64,000 nucleotides of DNA, taken from assembly GCA_043228905.1 (NCBI GenBank), contig JBHGNT010000001.1, positions 31,744,001 through 31,808,000 of the forward strand. The letters are read 5' to 3'. The translations under genes and the position numbers were made by a program. Shown piece after piece: positions 21,901 through 35,363 of this stretch. The notes under the pieces were generated by a model, which was given only the letters and a program-made list of their open reading frames with translations, was not told the origin of the DNA and did not search any database. How positions within the stretch are numbered: the first letter of the stretch is position 1; the number at the start of each line of letters is the position of its first letter. This stretch comes from Azolla caroliniana (Eukaryota > Plantae > Polypodiophyta).

Positions 21901-23343
21901 ATATCTTCAAGAGATTTTTGTAGCTCCTTCACAGGCTTATTGTCTATAGGCAATGCATATCTCAACAAAGCATTTGGATCTTTGATAGGTGGGCCAGAGA
22001 TGAGTACAGAGAGATCTGAAAGTACAGGATTAATCACAGATGCATGTGCTGGAGACAAGAACGATGGTGATAACTCAATGGAGCCAACTGTCAAGGATGC
22101 CAAGAGACAAACAGCACACTTTTGCATCACTTTGGTAAGATAGCCCTGTTTCTCCTTTTCCTATAATAGAGAAGAGAATATTTAAGAGATGGATATAACA
22201 CCAAAACCTTCATTCTTTAAACAAACTATATTACTTGTAAATTGAGGTTCAGAAAGCAGAAGAAAGAAGATAGAGTAACATGTATATCCTCATTCCTTGA
22301 ACAAACCCACATTTCACAATGAGCGAAATAAACAGACATTAGACATTGAACAAATTCATTGCCATATATGAACCTTGTAAATTAAAATTAGACTAGAATG
22401 CAAAAGAAAAGAGATGAATAAGATTAAAACTCTCATTCCTGGAACAAATTCATATAAGATACGAACTTGGTAAACAGAAGTTAGACTAGAATGCAGAACA
22501 AAAGAAATGGAGATGTAAATCCTCATTCCTTGAACAAACCCACATTTCATAGTGAACCATATAAACAGACATTAGATGAACACAGAGGAAAATAGACGGA
22601 GATACCTTCAAAGCCCTCAGCTCTTGAACAAATTCATTACCATATATGAACCTTGTAAATTGAGATTAGACTAGAATGCAGAAGAAAAGAGATGAATAAG
22701 ATTAAAACTCTCATTCCTGGAACAAATTCATAGAAGATACGAATTTGGTAAACAGAAGTTAGATTAGAATGCAGAACAAAAGAGATAGATATGTTTTATA
22801 GAGAAGTAAATATAATGGAAAACAAAACATCAAAATACCCATTTTTTGAACAAATCCGTATCACATGTAAATATTATAAACGCAGATTAGACTTTAAACA
22901 GACTCTAAATTTCGTAACAAGTCTCACATTTTGTCAGAAGGTAATGAGCTAACATCAGATATGAACGTTATAACTTATAACCACAGAATAGACATTAAAG
23001 AGCTCAGACATTTCTAAAATTCTCAGAATATTCTAGCAATCATCATATAAAGCTTGCATACAATAGATAGGAACCAACAAGAGATTAGATCTTAATATAG
23101 ACGACGGATTTTGTAAGCAGATATCGGAGTTTGAGAGCATACATGGTTATCCGAAGATGCAGAAACAAGGAGAGACGAGTTTTTTCTAGCTCCACTGGTT
23201 CTTCTACAGGAAATGACAAGATCTTTCCATTGGATGGATGAAGAAAAGCTTGAACTGAGCATGCTACTGTAAGCTCCGGATTCAATGTGGCGATTCGCTA
23301 GAGACGACGAAGAAGCAGACTGAAGCACTGTTGCAGGAACCAT
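18918..23343 (-). CDS. CYP38: Thylakoid-lumen cyclophilin CYP38/TLP40 (peptidyl-prolyl cis-trans isomerase family); 7 exons, ~462 aa
   Basis: Ser-rich transit peptide followed by a hydrophobic lumenal signal (..SPAHA). Motifs [109 protein letters not shown]. Exons: 23343-23143, 22160-21849, 21572-21373, 21200-20965, 19680-19538, 19443-19372, 19142-18918. Confidence 0.96.
20115..20423. repeat. Degenerate ~135-150-bp tandem repeat (two copies plus the start of a third) containing CT/GT microsatellites, in CYP38 intron 4
   Basis: tgtgg.atg.cca.g..aggatt at about 20115, 20249 and 20401; ggcaatccta and ctaggatc blocks recur in each unit. Confidence 0.7.
22207..22900. repeat. Degenerate ~90-bp minisatellite with a higher-order ~277-bp duplication, in CYP38 intron 1
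   Basis: Core ctcattcc(t/g)tgaacaaa recurs at about 22210, 22290, 22346, 22432, 22522, 22620, 22709 and 22838. Segment 22348-22505 is nearly identical to 22626-22782. Confidence 0.8.
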
Positions 23344-24467
23344 AGCCGGAAACCCTAATTTAGTCTTCCGTCAGTGGATAAAAAAAAACAGCCTACAAAA
23401 ACCAGACTCCGCAGAGAAGAAGATCAAAAGCATTACATTTTGCTTGGAGTGGCTTTGTGTGGATAAGATTTCAAATGAACCAAAGGTCAGATTTTCTCCC
23501 TTTATTTATTTACAACATATAATAATATATACATAATAATAATATATAACGTATAATATGCATAATTATAATTATATATAATTATCCATACATGTACATA
23601 TTACAATCATGTATAATTATGCATACATATAGTTATAACTTATAATCATATATATATATATATATATAGCTTGAGATATGTATGTCTTTGGCTCGATCCA
23701 GCCTTCAGATGTTAGCAATGAAATGCAGAACACTAACAACAACAAAAATTGCTTGCCTTGTCGAGCACACGATTCATGCAAATCATTCAAGAGTTGATAT
23801 ACTACCCCCTACTTATGTTAATGACCCGAAAAGAGATATCAATAGTTATTGACCGATAGGCACATGCGCGATTGAAACAAAGAATATCAATAAAGGGAAA
23901 TTTGCAATGCTATCAATCACACTTATATAAACCCTCATGTTTGGGATACTGCGTGGGAAATTATAGGACATCCAAAATCCACATCTCCATGCCATGGAAA
24001 TCAAGAACGACAATCAATCTCACCCGCACTACTACCCGTGATTTTTTAATCGAGGGTTCTAACTTGAGAATGGAGCACCTTCCTTGATCTGGAGATCAAG
24101 AGTAATGAGGAACATGTTATGGAATGTTATGGTATTCGACAATGCACCATCAATTAGTGCATGCACCAACCTCACATAGCTTTCTCCAAGTCTGGAAACA
24201 CCAATTCATGTCCCTTAGGCACACATGCACACACACACACACACACACTTTTTAGTGCAATGCATAAATGAACTTAAGGAAAATGCATAACGTATATCTC
24301 ACCATCAAACTTCAAAGGAGACTCCATTGTAGTGCTCTTCTTATGTTTGATATATAAACTTTGTTTGTATACTAAACATGTTAAAATAATGGCATTAACA
24401 TAATCATCTCTTTATTCTTTCCGACGAACCTCTATGTGTGTGTGTGTGTGTGTGTGTGTTAAACAAT

Positions 24468-24760
24468 GATGCTCACTCTAACCAATTCTATTTGGTATAT
24501 GCATTATGAATGACAATGGTTGTCATGTTTGTGAAGGAAGAAGGTGTTGAAGAATTTATCATTGGGCATTGTAGTCATCATGGTTTTGTTGTATGTGGAT
24601 GATATAGTTCTTTTCACAAATATTTTAGGAAATGTAAGAAGTTTGCATGCATTGCATGCTAAATTAAGTGTCAACAACTCTAAAACTATGAAATAACATC
24701 ACCAATATATCCTAATATGGGAGAAATGTGGAGGCTCACACTTGACACATTATACTAGAT
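24468..24760 (+). mobile_element. Degenerate non-LTR (LINE) reverse-transcriptase fragment
   Basis: Frameshifted remnants resembling CPLSPTLFG...FVKEEGVEE..IG..VIMVLLYVDDIVLFTN...LSVNNSKT, i.e. the RT YxDD motif near 24590. Confidence 0.7.
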
Positions 24761-24910
24761 ATGTTGCAACTAACTACCAAACCATTGCTTCCATGCAACT
24801 TAGCTCCCACACACTATGATGTGAGATAGGGTTTTGGAGCACAAATGATGATAGTAATTGACTATGCACATTTTGCCTAAAACAAGTTTGGGAGTTTGAG
24901 TAACACACTT

Positions 24911-25151
24911 TGATACAATGCTTTGCCTTTGATCACATTTGACTATGCTTTCCTTACGTTTTCGACCAAACCCAATCCTTGCATGAATTTCTCTCGTAGT
25001 CAGATTGTGCACTCTCAATTGCCACACTCATTAGTGAAATTCTTGAACATAGGGTTGTTACTCACTTTCACATGTATTATGTGAAAATGTAACATTTTTG
25101 GTTTCATAAGTAATCTTGGACCTCTGAAGAGGATAATACAATCGATCTATC
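24911..25151. repeat. Dispersed ~240-bp repeat, copy A
   Basis: Collinear similarity with 27643-27886 (tgatacaatgct..gcctttgatca...cccaatccttgcatgaatt...ttcttgaacat...tactcactttcaca...tttttggt.tcata.gt.at...gacctc). Confidence 0.8.
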
Positions 25152-25399
25152 TCCCAGTTAAAGCATACAATTATAGTACTTGTATGTAAACCCCAGTATT
25201 ACAGCTTATTTGCCTTCTCTAGCTACATAGCCATTCGAAAACTTGAATACGCACTTGAGGAAATGATCCCCACATGCTCCAACATCTGAAAAATCCACAT
25301 GAGAGTGACTTTCAACTTCTTAATGTAGGCTTTCACCTCATGTCTACCATCAAACATGAAGCGTTACACGTGTTCCAATTGTGCTACAACCCACCATGT

Positions 25400-26450
25400 C
25401 ATAAAAATTGGAAAAAGATATCCAACTCATAATTTGAACCATTTTGAACAAATTGAGAAAAAACCCATTGTTGAGACCTCAAATAACAACAAGATAACAC
25501 TTCTCAAATCTCTGATAAGTGCTTCCAAATAACATGAGTTATAGGGCATTTGATGAAGCTATGTGTATTGTCTTCCAATGGAATGGTGCAAACGAAGCAT
25601 GTGACCCTACTCCTCGTCTCCTTAAGGCTAAACCTAATGGGAGCCTACCAATTATGACTCTCCATATAAATACCTTTGTATGAAATGGCAAATGGTAATG
25701 CCAACCACGTTGCAATATTGGTCGTCGCTTTGCATTTGACTTATATACATTCAACACCTTTTATGCTTTAGATGATAGCCACACAACATGACGATACAAT
25801 ATATTTGTTGCAACTTGTAACAAGCACATACCATCCTTGAACCGTGCCAGTCCACCCAAGGAGTACCATTTGCTTTCATTGGCAAAGATCCATGCAACAA
25901 TGTTATATCTTGTAATTTATTGCAAATAAATTCGTAAATTGGGGGATAGCTACATAACCATAATTCCAACTGTCTTTGACCTTCAATATCAACTACCTCC
26001 CCCAATTGAAATAGACAATTGAATTGAGATCTCAACTTCTCTTTTCCATGCCAATGCAAGAACCGAGAAAAAACAGGCAATTCATTTTGTAATGAATTCC
26101 AAAGCTCTCGATTATTTGATGGTACCCACTCAAGAAAATATAAGGCATGTCGCCAAAATCTAACCAATTGTTGAACACATACATAATGTTGAATCTTTAG
26201 AGGAATGCATCCATTGAGCAATGGCCACCACGATGCTTGAACCTTAGTTTTTCCATGCACCAATCCTACATGCATCAATGCAATTTTTTAAGAAACTTCA
26301 TAGGATACTTTGTTTTGGAGCATGGCAATGGTATGGTGTAGAGGTGGGAACTTGAAGTAAAAGAGAATGACCAAACATCTGCATTGATTCCCAATGACTC
26401 AACTTCAGCCAACAAAGTTAGTTCTGTTGCAAGGCTCAACTTGGTTTCTT
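25400..26450 (-). mobile_element. Degenerate L1-type LINE ORF2 3' fragment (zf-RVT region)
   Basis: W..LPFHTKVFIWRVIIGRLPLGLALRRRGVG followed by a frameshifted C..C...EDNTHSFIKCP resembles the zf-RVT domain. Upstream are Trp-rich disrupted ORFs. Confidence 0.7.
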
Positions 26451-27642
26451 AAGTTTTTGGTTGTGTTTTTTTTTTTGTTATCTTATCATTCGAGCTTTGA
26501 ATTGGAAACTACTAAATTGTATGTAATTGGCATTTTGATATTTAGAAAAAGTATATAGTTTGGAAGTGTTTGCTAGTTACAACTTTTACACATAAACAAT
26601 CACCCCGTTCAAAAGTAATATGGTGAGTGTATATCATCATATCTACTTGTCTATTTAGCAAAGTGGGTGATTCTTGAAGTGGCACCTTTGTGATTTGCTA
26701 GAGGCCACCTTGTTTTGCCTATTACAAATAAGATGAGCACACAAAATTGGAGTTAAGTTTCAGGAAAGGTAAGAATATAGTAACTTGTGAAACATGCACT
26801 TTTAAATAGGACATACAACAAGGATAACTCTTTTGTTCACTATAAACATACTGAAGTCATGCAAGGGAAAATGTGTAGTAGGCAAATTTGAACTCTAGTA
26901 AGATGCATGACGACATGATGCCTTCTTATTTGGTGCTCCATCTTTGTGACCCATCTTGTACATATCATTCTATCCTACCCAATTGTAATGCTTTTCGTGA
27001 ATGATCCTCTAGCTTGAACACTAATATAACATAGCATGTGCAATTCCATTGCAAGTTTCCCCAGCATGTGTGATTCATGGCTCTATGTTCAAAAAGGAAT
27101 CTCGAAAATTTGAGCAATGCAACATGGAAACTATTATTTTTTTAAGACTTATGTAAAATGAGATGAATATGCAAAAAGATCTAAAAGCAAGAAAAGCATC
27201 TTTAAATGTCAAGCCTTCGAATGTGACTACATAACCCCCAATCTATTTCTATATTATATCATATAGTTAGGTAGCTTATAAGATTCTAAAAGAGAGAAAA
27301 CACTAAAACCAAATTCAAAGTGCCCATGATCCTTTTTCCAAAAGCATACACTTAAACTACATAAATTGACTACAATCACAACTTCTTGCTTACCTAATCA
27401 ATATTTTAATACAATGCTGAAATTATTTGGAAAGAGAAGACAACACAACACCATTGAAATTATTCGTGAAGTAATCTATCATATTATTTCTCTTCTTGGA
27501 CCATTCACATTTTATTGTTGGTATTCTTTTTGGATTGGTTTGACCATATCAAAAACCAAACTTTAGTGTTTCTCTTGAATGGAGTTCACACTCTTTGGTT
27601 CTTAGATATTCACCCAATCAAGAAAGTGTCGTTTATGTTATT

Positions 27643-27886
27643 TGATACAATGCTCTGCCTTTGATCATATTCAACCATGCTTTCGACATCTCCTCGACCG
27701 AGCCCAATCCTTGCATGAATTCTTCTCGCAACCACAACGTGCACTCTCGATTGCAACATTTACCATGTAAAGTTCTTGAACATCGAGAGTCACTACTCAC
27801 TTTCACACGTATCACATCAAATGTAATATTTTTGGTCTCATAGGTCATATTTGACCTCCGATGACGATAATATAATCTATCTATCT
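27643..27886. repeat. Dispersed ~240-bp repeat, copy B
   Basis: Direct-orientation homolog of 24911-25151. Confidence 0.8.
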
Positions 27887-28566
27887 ACCTATCTATCTTT
27901 GCAAGTGGACTTTACAAACCTTACCATGTCAAAAAGTGTCTCCTTAAGCTTATCATGCAAAAGAATCTCCAGCAAAGTAATCAAGTCCAAAAGCCATTAC
28001 CATCAACCTTCATTCATGTATGATATTATGTGGTACCAATGAAACTGTAGCCAGCTCTAAAAAGCTACAAAACATAATATTTTTACAGCTCAAGAATTTG
28101 TGCGTCTACTTTTATGGACCTAGACGTCCACCATTCATAATTAAAAATTTGCCACATGCGACATATTTATGGTACAATAAAGAATCCTCTACTTTGGTTC
28201 TTTAATTGTACATAGGCATTGATTATAGGGAATGAATAACACGGTTAAAAACACAGACTACTAATAACCTGTGGCTAGGAGCATCAATACTAATGATTGC
28301 CACAAGTTCAGGGCAATATTTTGCTAGATACAAAAGCTACCCAATCCAAACATCCATGATGCAAACACATAATGTCTCAATCCAAATAAAAAATGTCATG
28401 CAAAATGCAGACTTCCGGAGACTTGACAAAAAACATTACCATCATTTTACTCGATAATAATGTGAACACAATTTACAAATACAACCAAAGCTCAATTCTT
28501 TGATAAATGCAATAAATAAAGCACAAATTTTACATAGTACAAAAATGCCAGAGCTTGAGCAAAGAC

Positions 28567-31500
28567 TTATGAAGCCCTAAAAAAATGGAATGTAAGACCA
28601 GCAGTGGCTATGCTCCAAATGCCACCGGCTGTGAAACCAACTGCCATAAGCATTCCCAAGATCCCTAGGGTCCAGTTCAAGTACCAGCTAAAGCTAAATC
28701 GTGGTGGTTTCTTAATAGCAAGCCACATGAAACATGGGTATGCAAATGTAACTGGAGCACTTGTCAATCCTCCTAACAAACCTGTCAATCCCGAAAGCCA
28801 CGGGAATGCCACACCTATCAAGAAGTTTGTGAATACATAGAATATCCGAAAGATAACTCTCACATGCTTGCTAATGGGTCGGTTCCTTTTCGCTGTGTAC
28901 CCCGCCTCAAAGTTGTCAAAGATTGAGAAAGAATAGATTTGGAACCCAGTCAAGCAATTGATGACAACCAATAAGAAGAGAAGGCCCATGAGGGCCCGTG
29001 AAATGTCGCTCTGGTGGAATGCATACACGCTAAATAAGATCCCTGATGATAGCATCTAGAATCAATAAAAAAAGCAAATCAGTAGATATACAATACATAT
29101 AAATACATTCACAGCAATGGTCAAACAAAAGGATTATCTAGAGTGAACAACCAAAAAGCTTCTTATGGGTCAAAACATGCTTACCATGCTTCCATAAGCC
29201 CAATATCCAGCAACTGCGATGGGGAAGTAACACAACGCGATGATCACATTTGCAACTTTCGCACCTCTCCACATTGGAATATGGGCAGGGTGCTTCAATG
29301 TTGAAGGCATGGTGGCCTATCAATAGGACACAAAAGAGAGCCATGTGAACAAAATAAAATAACTCGGTACAGCATATATAGAATACTTCATAATCGTGTG
29401 AAACAAATAACTTGGTATAGCAAACATATAATGCTTTGTAATTGTGATTCTATATCACGTTGCGAGTCAATAACAAGGCAATGGATAGACCCATTAGCAT
29501 GTCAATGGCTTTATCTACAATTTCTTCTCTCCTCCAATATCTTATCATTATAATGTGGTCATGGGCTTATAAACTAAGCACCTCTTCAGTGTCCACGAGA
29601 AAAGGTTTTCACAACAATTTCTTCATTCCTCCGGGTAAACCCCGCCATCATAGCTCATAATAAATCACTTCTTTTTATGTACCATACATATCATGATTAG
29701 CAAAGGTGACACCTTTATAGATAAACTTGTGATTCAACAACTTTTATTGATGAAGTCTTCTGAATTTACCTGGATTTCCATAATCATGTTATGTCCACGA
29801 AATGAGAAAGCCACAATACCAAGCGCATTGAGAATTGTGAAAATTTGATCCACAGTAGTATTTCCTTGTTCCCCACCATAGTGTACACCAGGAGGGCGGG
29901 ATCGAGTAACTGAGAGCACCCACAACAATGTGCAATACGCAATTGCAGTTACCGCACCAAGCATTGACAATCCGACAATGGAGTTAAGGTTCGGCAGCTG
30001 AGCCAGAACTATGGAGAGCATTGAGAACACAAGGTACCATTCGATGGTAGTTAGAGGGCTCTCTCCACATTCTGGCCCACACACGATCTTGTAGAAGAGC
30101 TTAAGTGTACTCCCTCCTATGATGATTAGTGTTGTCGCTGTCCCAGCAGTGAGGTTGATGTTTGGAGGAGTTGCTAACCAAAAACCAAGCCGATCTCCTG
30201 ATGTATTGTACAGTATACAATCATCATGTTATTTTCAGTCCTTTATTTGCATGGCAAGTAAACATATAATAGAGGAGCATAATGGATTCCCTCTTATAAT
30301 ATTTCTTTATGAGGGAAATGATGTTACCGAAGGCGGCTTGTGCCAATTGCACATAACGACTATACCGCATCCCAGGGTTAGCTTCGTGAAGCCTTATAAG
30401 AATCCACATAGTGTAAAGCTGCCAAACGTAGGCAACCACTAGAGAAATAATGCCCCAAGTCCTGAAAAATATATAACAGAGAGATGTGGCCAGCATAAGG
30501 ATACTAAGGATAACATCACAAGGACAAGATGGCATAAAAAAAAGGAGCATACTCTTTGCAAGAATTACATACGAAAATTTGAAGATAGCTCGTGCAGGTT
30601 AACAGACATATATATATATATATGAGAAATATAGGCCTATTCTTCATGACTTAGCAAAAATTAGAAATTAAATTTGACTGCAATGACGAGGTGGATCAAG
30701 GCCACTTTGCATAGTTTAGCTAAAATTTACACATGAAACTAGGCAACTTGCATATTAGACACACAAATTTGACTACAACTTGCAAATAGATAGAGACTTA
30801 AAAAAAGAAAACAGAATTTACGAGAAAAAAACGAAAGAAAACATGAAACAGAAATGAGAAGAAAATAATAAGTCTCCTCTACATAACTTAGTAAGATATA
30901 TCACACATGAAAAAATTTGCTAAAACAAGGCAACAATAAGAAAAGAAAAAAGAAAACAGAGATTAACATATTGAGATAGCAAAGCAATGAAACAAGAAAC
31001 TCAGAGAAGAAAAAACATACCAGATGATATAGATCTTTCTTAACACAGCAACAGCAACAAGAAAAGACAAAACATAGAATGGGAACAAAGAAAGGGTTGA
31101 GAAGAGAGGCATACCATCCAAGGTAGAACATGGCAAAGGGTAAGATGAGTCCTTGGAATCCAATCCCAGCATTGAGGTTATGGAAAGTGGCATAGTAAGC
31201 ATTCCCGGTGCGAGACTCTGTGATGGGAAGCCAAGCATCTTGAGGGTTGAACTTGGTCAAGTGGCCCACTTCCTCCAGGTAATTCTTCATATTTGACACT
31301 GCCTTGGCAACAGGGGTTCCGATGGGGCTGAAAAAACGTGGAGTGAGGAGGCGCGAGGATCCGGGGGTACGAGGGGTTTTGCTCTGTCTGCCGCTCATTG
31401 GTGTGTTTGGGGAGCGAGGAGCAGCAGGGGAGGCATACGACGATGCTGGGCGCGTATTATTACCTTTAGGTGTATGCGAAGAAGATGAAACTTCAGCTGC

Positions 31501-31812
31501 TAAATGTATGGCAGAGGATGAAGCAAAAGTAGGACTAGTGCTAGAGCTAGGGTTTGGATGTGGGTCCTGCTGTGATCTTGCACTAGGGTTAGGGTTTTGT
31601 TGTGGGTTTTCATTAGGATTAGGGTTTAGACGTGGGCTCACGATAGGGTCAGGGAGTTGGTGAGGATTTTGCTGAAATGGGTGTTTCGGGGAGTGAGAAG
31701 GGGTCAAGTGTTTTGGTGTTTCGGGGAGCGATGGGTCAGAAGCCACAGAGAATGGCTGAAAGCTCAGGCCTTCCTCACCTTCTTCTTCAACAGTGTCCAT
31801 GGTGGGAGCCAT
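28567..31812 (-). CDS. LHTL8: Lysine/histidine transporter-like 8 type amino-acid permease (AAAP family, At1g47670-like); 5 exons, ~626 aa
   Basis: TPRFFSPIGTP..NMKNYLEEVGHLTKFNPQDAWLPITESRTGNAYYATFHNLNAGIGFQ; WQLYTMWILIRLHE; LAQLPNLNSI; AFSFRGHN.IMEIQATMPSTLKHP; PVTFAYPCFMW. Exons: 31812-31115, 30461-30328, 30197-29770, 29316-29185, 29055-28567 (1881 nt). Confidence 0.94.
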
Positions 31813-31820
31813 AGAAGCTG

Positions 31821-31907
31821 CTTCTTCTTCTTCTTCTTCTTCTTCTTCTTCTTCTTCTTCTTCTTCTTCTTCTTCTTCTTCAGCAGCAGCAGCAGCAGCA
31901 GCAGCAA
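31821..31907. repeat. Compound (CTT)20(CAG)8 microsatellite in the LHT 5' UTR
   Basis: Seen directly, about 10 nt upstream of the ATG at 31812. Confidence 0.95.
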
Positions 31908-32639
31908 CAGGAAAGAAATAGAGCCTCTTCCTTATCTTCTATATGAAGATTATGCAGCAGCAGCTGCAGAGAAGGAGAGGTTCTTACGTGCAAGAAAGAA
32001 GAGAGAAAAGAGGAGGGAGCTCAGAGCACACCATTGCTTAGCAGACAGTGTTGCTGAGTGGACTCTATCCCTGAAATCAGAGACTTGGTCAAGGCAGGCA
32101 TGTCTGTTTTGATATGAAGAAGGATCTGTTTTTTAGGCATGTCTCTCACAATACCATCAAAATCACTCAAAACTGTTCTTCTTCTTCCTGTCTTCCATTA
32201 TCATTTATGTACAAACATACATGCATACATGCATGCATACATACATACATACATACATGGTCTCTCTCTGTGTCTCTCTCTTGACCAAATTGTCCTCCTT
32301 TCCATTGTCTATGGTCTTGACTCTTGACCACTCGGTCATCATTCATAACTGAAAGACCGAATGACCTCCGCACGAGTAAGCACTTACCCTCCCTACCCCC
32401 CCTCAATTGGTGGTCGATGAAAGGCACACGATCATTTTGTCACCCGGCAGCCTATTCGATTGATCAACATTACCCCTTACACCTTGCATGTTGATGAAAG
32501 TGAGAACTTTCTGTTTAGAAATGGATCGAAATCTCCGGCTTCGGTCTGAGACTTCACCCCTTCTTTGTCGTAGCACATCACATTGAAGGGACACATCCAC
32601 CTGGGATCTTCATTTATGATCGATGGCATTTCACAGCCA

Positions 32640-33000
32640 TTGTACATTATTTATAAGAAGAAGCCACTTGATCAACCTCCAAAACTTAATGATGTAAGAG
32701 CACCATAACAAGATTGACATAGGCACTTTGATGAAAGGCAATATAGCTAATCATCTTCTCACACGAGAACTGTGTGTCGTGGAATGAGATTATTACATGG
32801 AACACACAGAACAAGTGGCCAAAGTGTAGCTCACAACATGTTTGATTGAGAGATGATCACCATCAAAAAGTTTTATGATTCCACAAGTGTTCTTATTGCT
32901 TTTCACTCGTTGAACAAGAATGGCTTGCCAATAAATTTGTGGCCTCTATTTGATATGCTAGTGTTGATACATTATGAACAAGAAGAAACATCTATCACCA
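32640..33000 (+). mobile_element. Possible highly degraded hAT-family transposase remnant
   Basis: Only broken motifs (C-V-A-H; ITIKKF-Y...VL-AF) reminiscent of the DUF659 region of hAT transposases; no ORF. Confidence 0.25.
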
Positions 33001-34690
33001 TGATACTACCTTCCACCTAGTATCTTCACCACAATCCTTGATTACATGAGAGATAGACATGATGCCAATATCGTAATTAGAGAATAGTTTACTAATATTC
33101 TTTTGGTTACCAATCCTTGAGCTTTTGTCACATTTGTTGTTGTATATGTGCGGTCAATTAATGTTTGGATTTTGGACTCCCCTCAAAGTATGACAACACA
33201 ATTGTCACATTCAAGTGATGAATATGTGTGGTTTTCGGTCAATTAATTCTTGGATTTAGGACTCCCCTCTACGTATGACAAACACAAAACAATTGTGTGT
33301 AACAAACTTTACACTTTCAACCATCATGAACCGGATTCCAATGCCCATTTCTACCACGAGTTCTTAGTTTGCCATAACTTAAATTGTAACATAACCATTC
33401 CTATTTATTAGTCTCTGTGGATCTTAGTGGTGAACTTTGCTGTATTTTGTTTGCTAACTAATGTGAAGTAGGTTTTTTTTGGAAAAAAACAAACAACATG
33501 ATATTATCAACTTGGGAATCATATATAAAACTCCTCATTACAAACCAAAGCCACTTTTTGGATGCTCCTATGGTCTACCTTTCCCCTCTTATGTGAGAAA
33601 CTACTTATGTAAGAGTTGAACAAGACACCTTATCTGATAGAATAATATAAAATTAAAAGTACTAATGAAACACTAAGATCCAAATCTTCGCATAATCTCT
33701 TCTATAAGCTATGCAAGTTCCTAGATTGTAAAAAGTGCCATCTCATTCCTAATAGAAAATGCCAAGCCTTTGTGACCTTTTGGAGGGAATGTGAAACTTA
33801 CTATCACTCACATCGAGAACTTGAAGAAAATGTTGAGGAGTTTCTATTATGAACTTATGCATAGAATCTCCTTGTGTCGATCAAGTCGCGGAAGGAGAAT
33901 GAATATCGAAAGTTGATCAAATATAAAACAAATGTGAACTCATTATGAAAAACTTAATTGTGCAACTTAGCAAAGGGAATGGTGAACTTCTTTGCATGTA
34001 TCCCCTTATGTCAACATGCCATGCCACATTAATTGGGTGATGACAAAAAAATGAGCCCCTTATTCTCAACATCAATGATCCTATGACCAACCTTAAGCAT
34101 GATGTCCTATATGGTAAACTAGATGGAGGATTACAAATTTTTATCAATGTCAATCATCTTTACCTTCTTATATTCTTCCTTACATGTATGTACATTTAGA
34201 CCAACAACCCAATAGAAATAAGAGTAAGTTGTTTATAAAAGAATCAAACTATTGTATATGGATAGACATTCACAACTTGGGACAGCCACATTGCGCATAA
34301 GAATTTGATTCGATTAGTACGTTGAGATTCTTGAATTACCAACTTATAGCCATAGTATGCATGACTTGTACATGATTGGAGTGAAACGGAAACATAAATT
34401 ACATTGTGTACTTATCGTTTATCAATGGAATGATTAGGTTAAGCCATGTTATAAATATTTTTTTAGAGCTGAGGGTATGGTAAATAAAGTGCATGTTCCT
34501 CACAAATGATTTAGGTAGGATCATTACATTTTATAATACAATGAGAAGTTCAAAAGTTTTGTTTTGTTGAAGAATGTGCAAAGAGAAAACTCACGAATGA
34601 CACGCCTACTTAATTAAAAAAATTGTGGTGATATTATTATGAACATTGATCTTTGTATCTTTATTTAAAGGATTTGCTTGAAGATATGTA

Positions 34691-35140
34691 TTAACTAAGG
34701 ATTGTGTATTTCAATGATTTGTGATGGATTAAAAAAAAACTAATATTATGTATCAAAATATCATCAAGATATGTCCCATGAAATTTACATAATATATAGC
34801 TCATAAAACTTTGGAAGTTTGAACATCTATTGGACACTATTCTGTCCTTGGTTACATAAACTATATCAGAGATAGGTGTCTCCATATCACCCATTTTTTG
34901 GATCCACTCTAATAATGTTGGGCAATAAGCAAGTAATGCATGAATCCAACTAGTTTTCATTTTGTTCAACTTCAAGGGCTGTTAGAAAGTCATCTTAATT
35001 ACCTCCAACATTAGAAATATATATGATTTAATATACACCTTTCTTGAGCCTTATGACCGGTAAAAGGGATATCATTCTACCTAGTGAGCACTTTGGATGA
35101 ATACAACATTCTTTTATATGAAAGATCCTAGAAGCAACAC
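34691..35140. mobile_element. Ty3/gypsy LTR-retrotransposon debris (RT fragment on -, integrase C-terminal-like fragment on +)
   Basis: Minus strand: SNFQSFMSYIL..F.GTYLDDILIH (gypsy RT YLDD motif). Plus strand at about 35000-35055: LPPTLEIY...FLEPY-like. Confidence 0.55.
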
Positions 35141-35363
35141 GAAATGGCCAATGGTACCATTTTTTATTACTATCATTATTATTTTGACACTATCAGAGAC
35201 CCTAAACCCAAAGGCCTAACCAGTAAACTGTAAACCCTAGACATTATTACATAAGGTATGGACCCGTGAGCACATCATGTAGTCAGTAGCCAAGTGATCA
35301 CATTTTGGCGCATGAATCATGGAATTTCAATAGTCGAGTGAGCAAGTTGAAGTGATCATGGAA

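Noticed and set aside
22207-22900. CRISPR-like repeat/spacer appearance
   Set aside because: Eukaryotic intron; the 'spacers' are homologous to each other, the repeats are degenerate, and there are no cas genes.
24911-27886. The two 240-bp direct repeats as LTRs of one retrotransposon
   Set aside because: No TG...CA ends, PBS or PPT found; the interior is LINE-like; a third inverted relative exists elsewhere.
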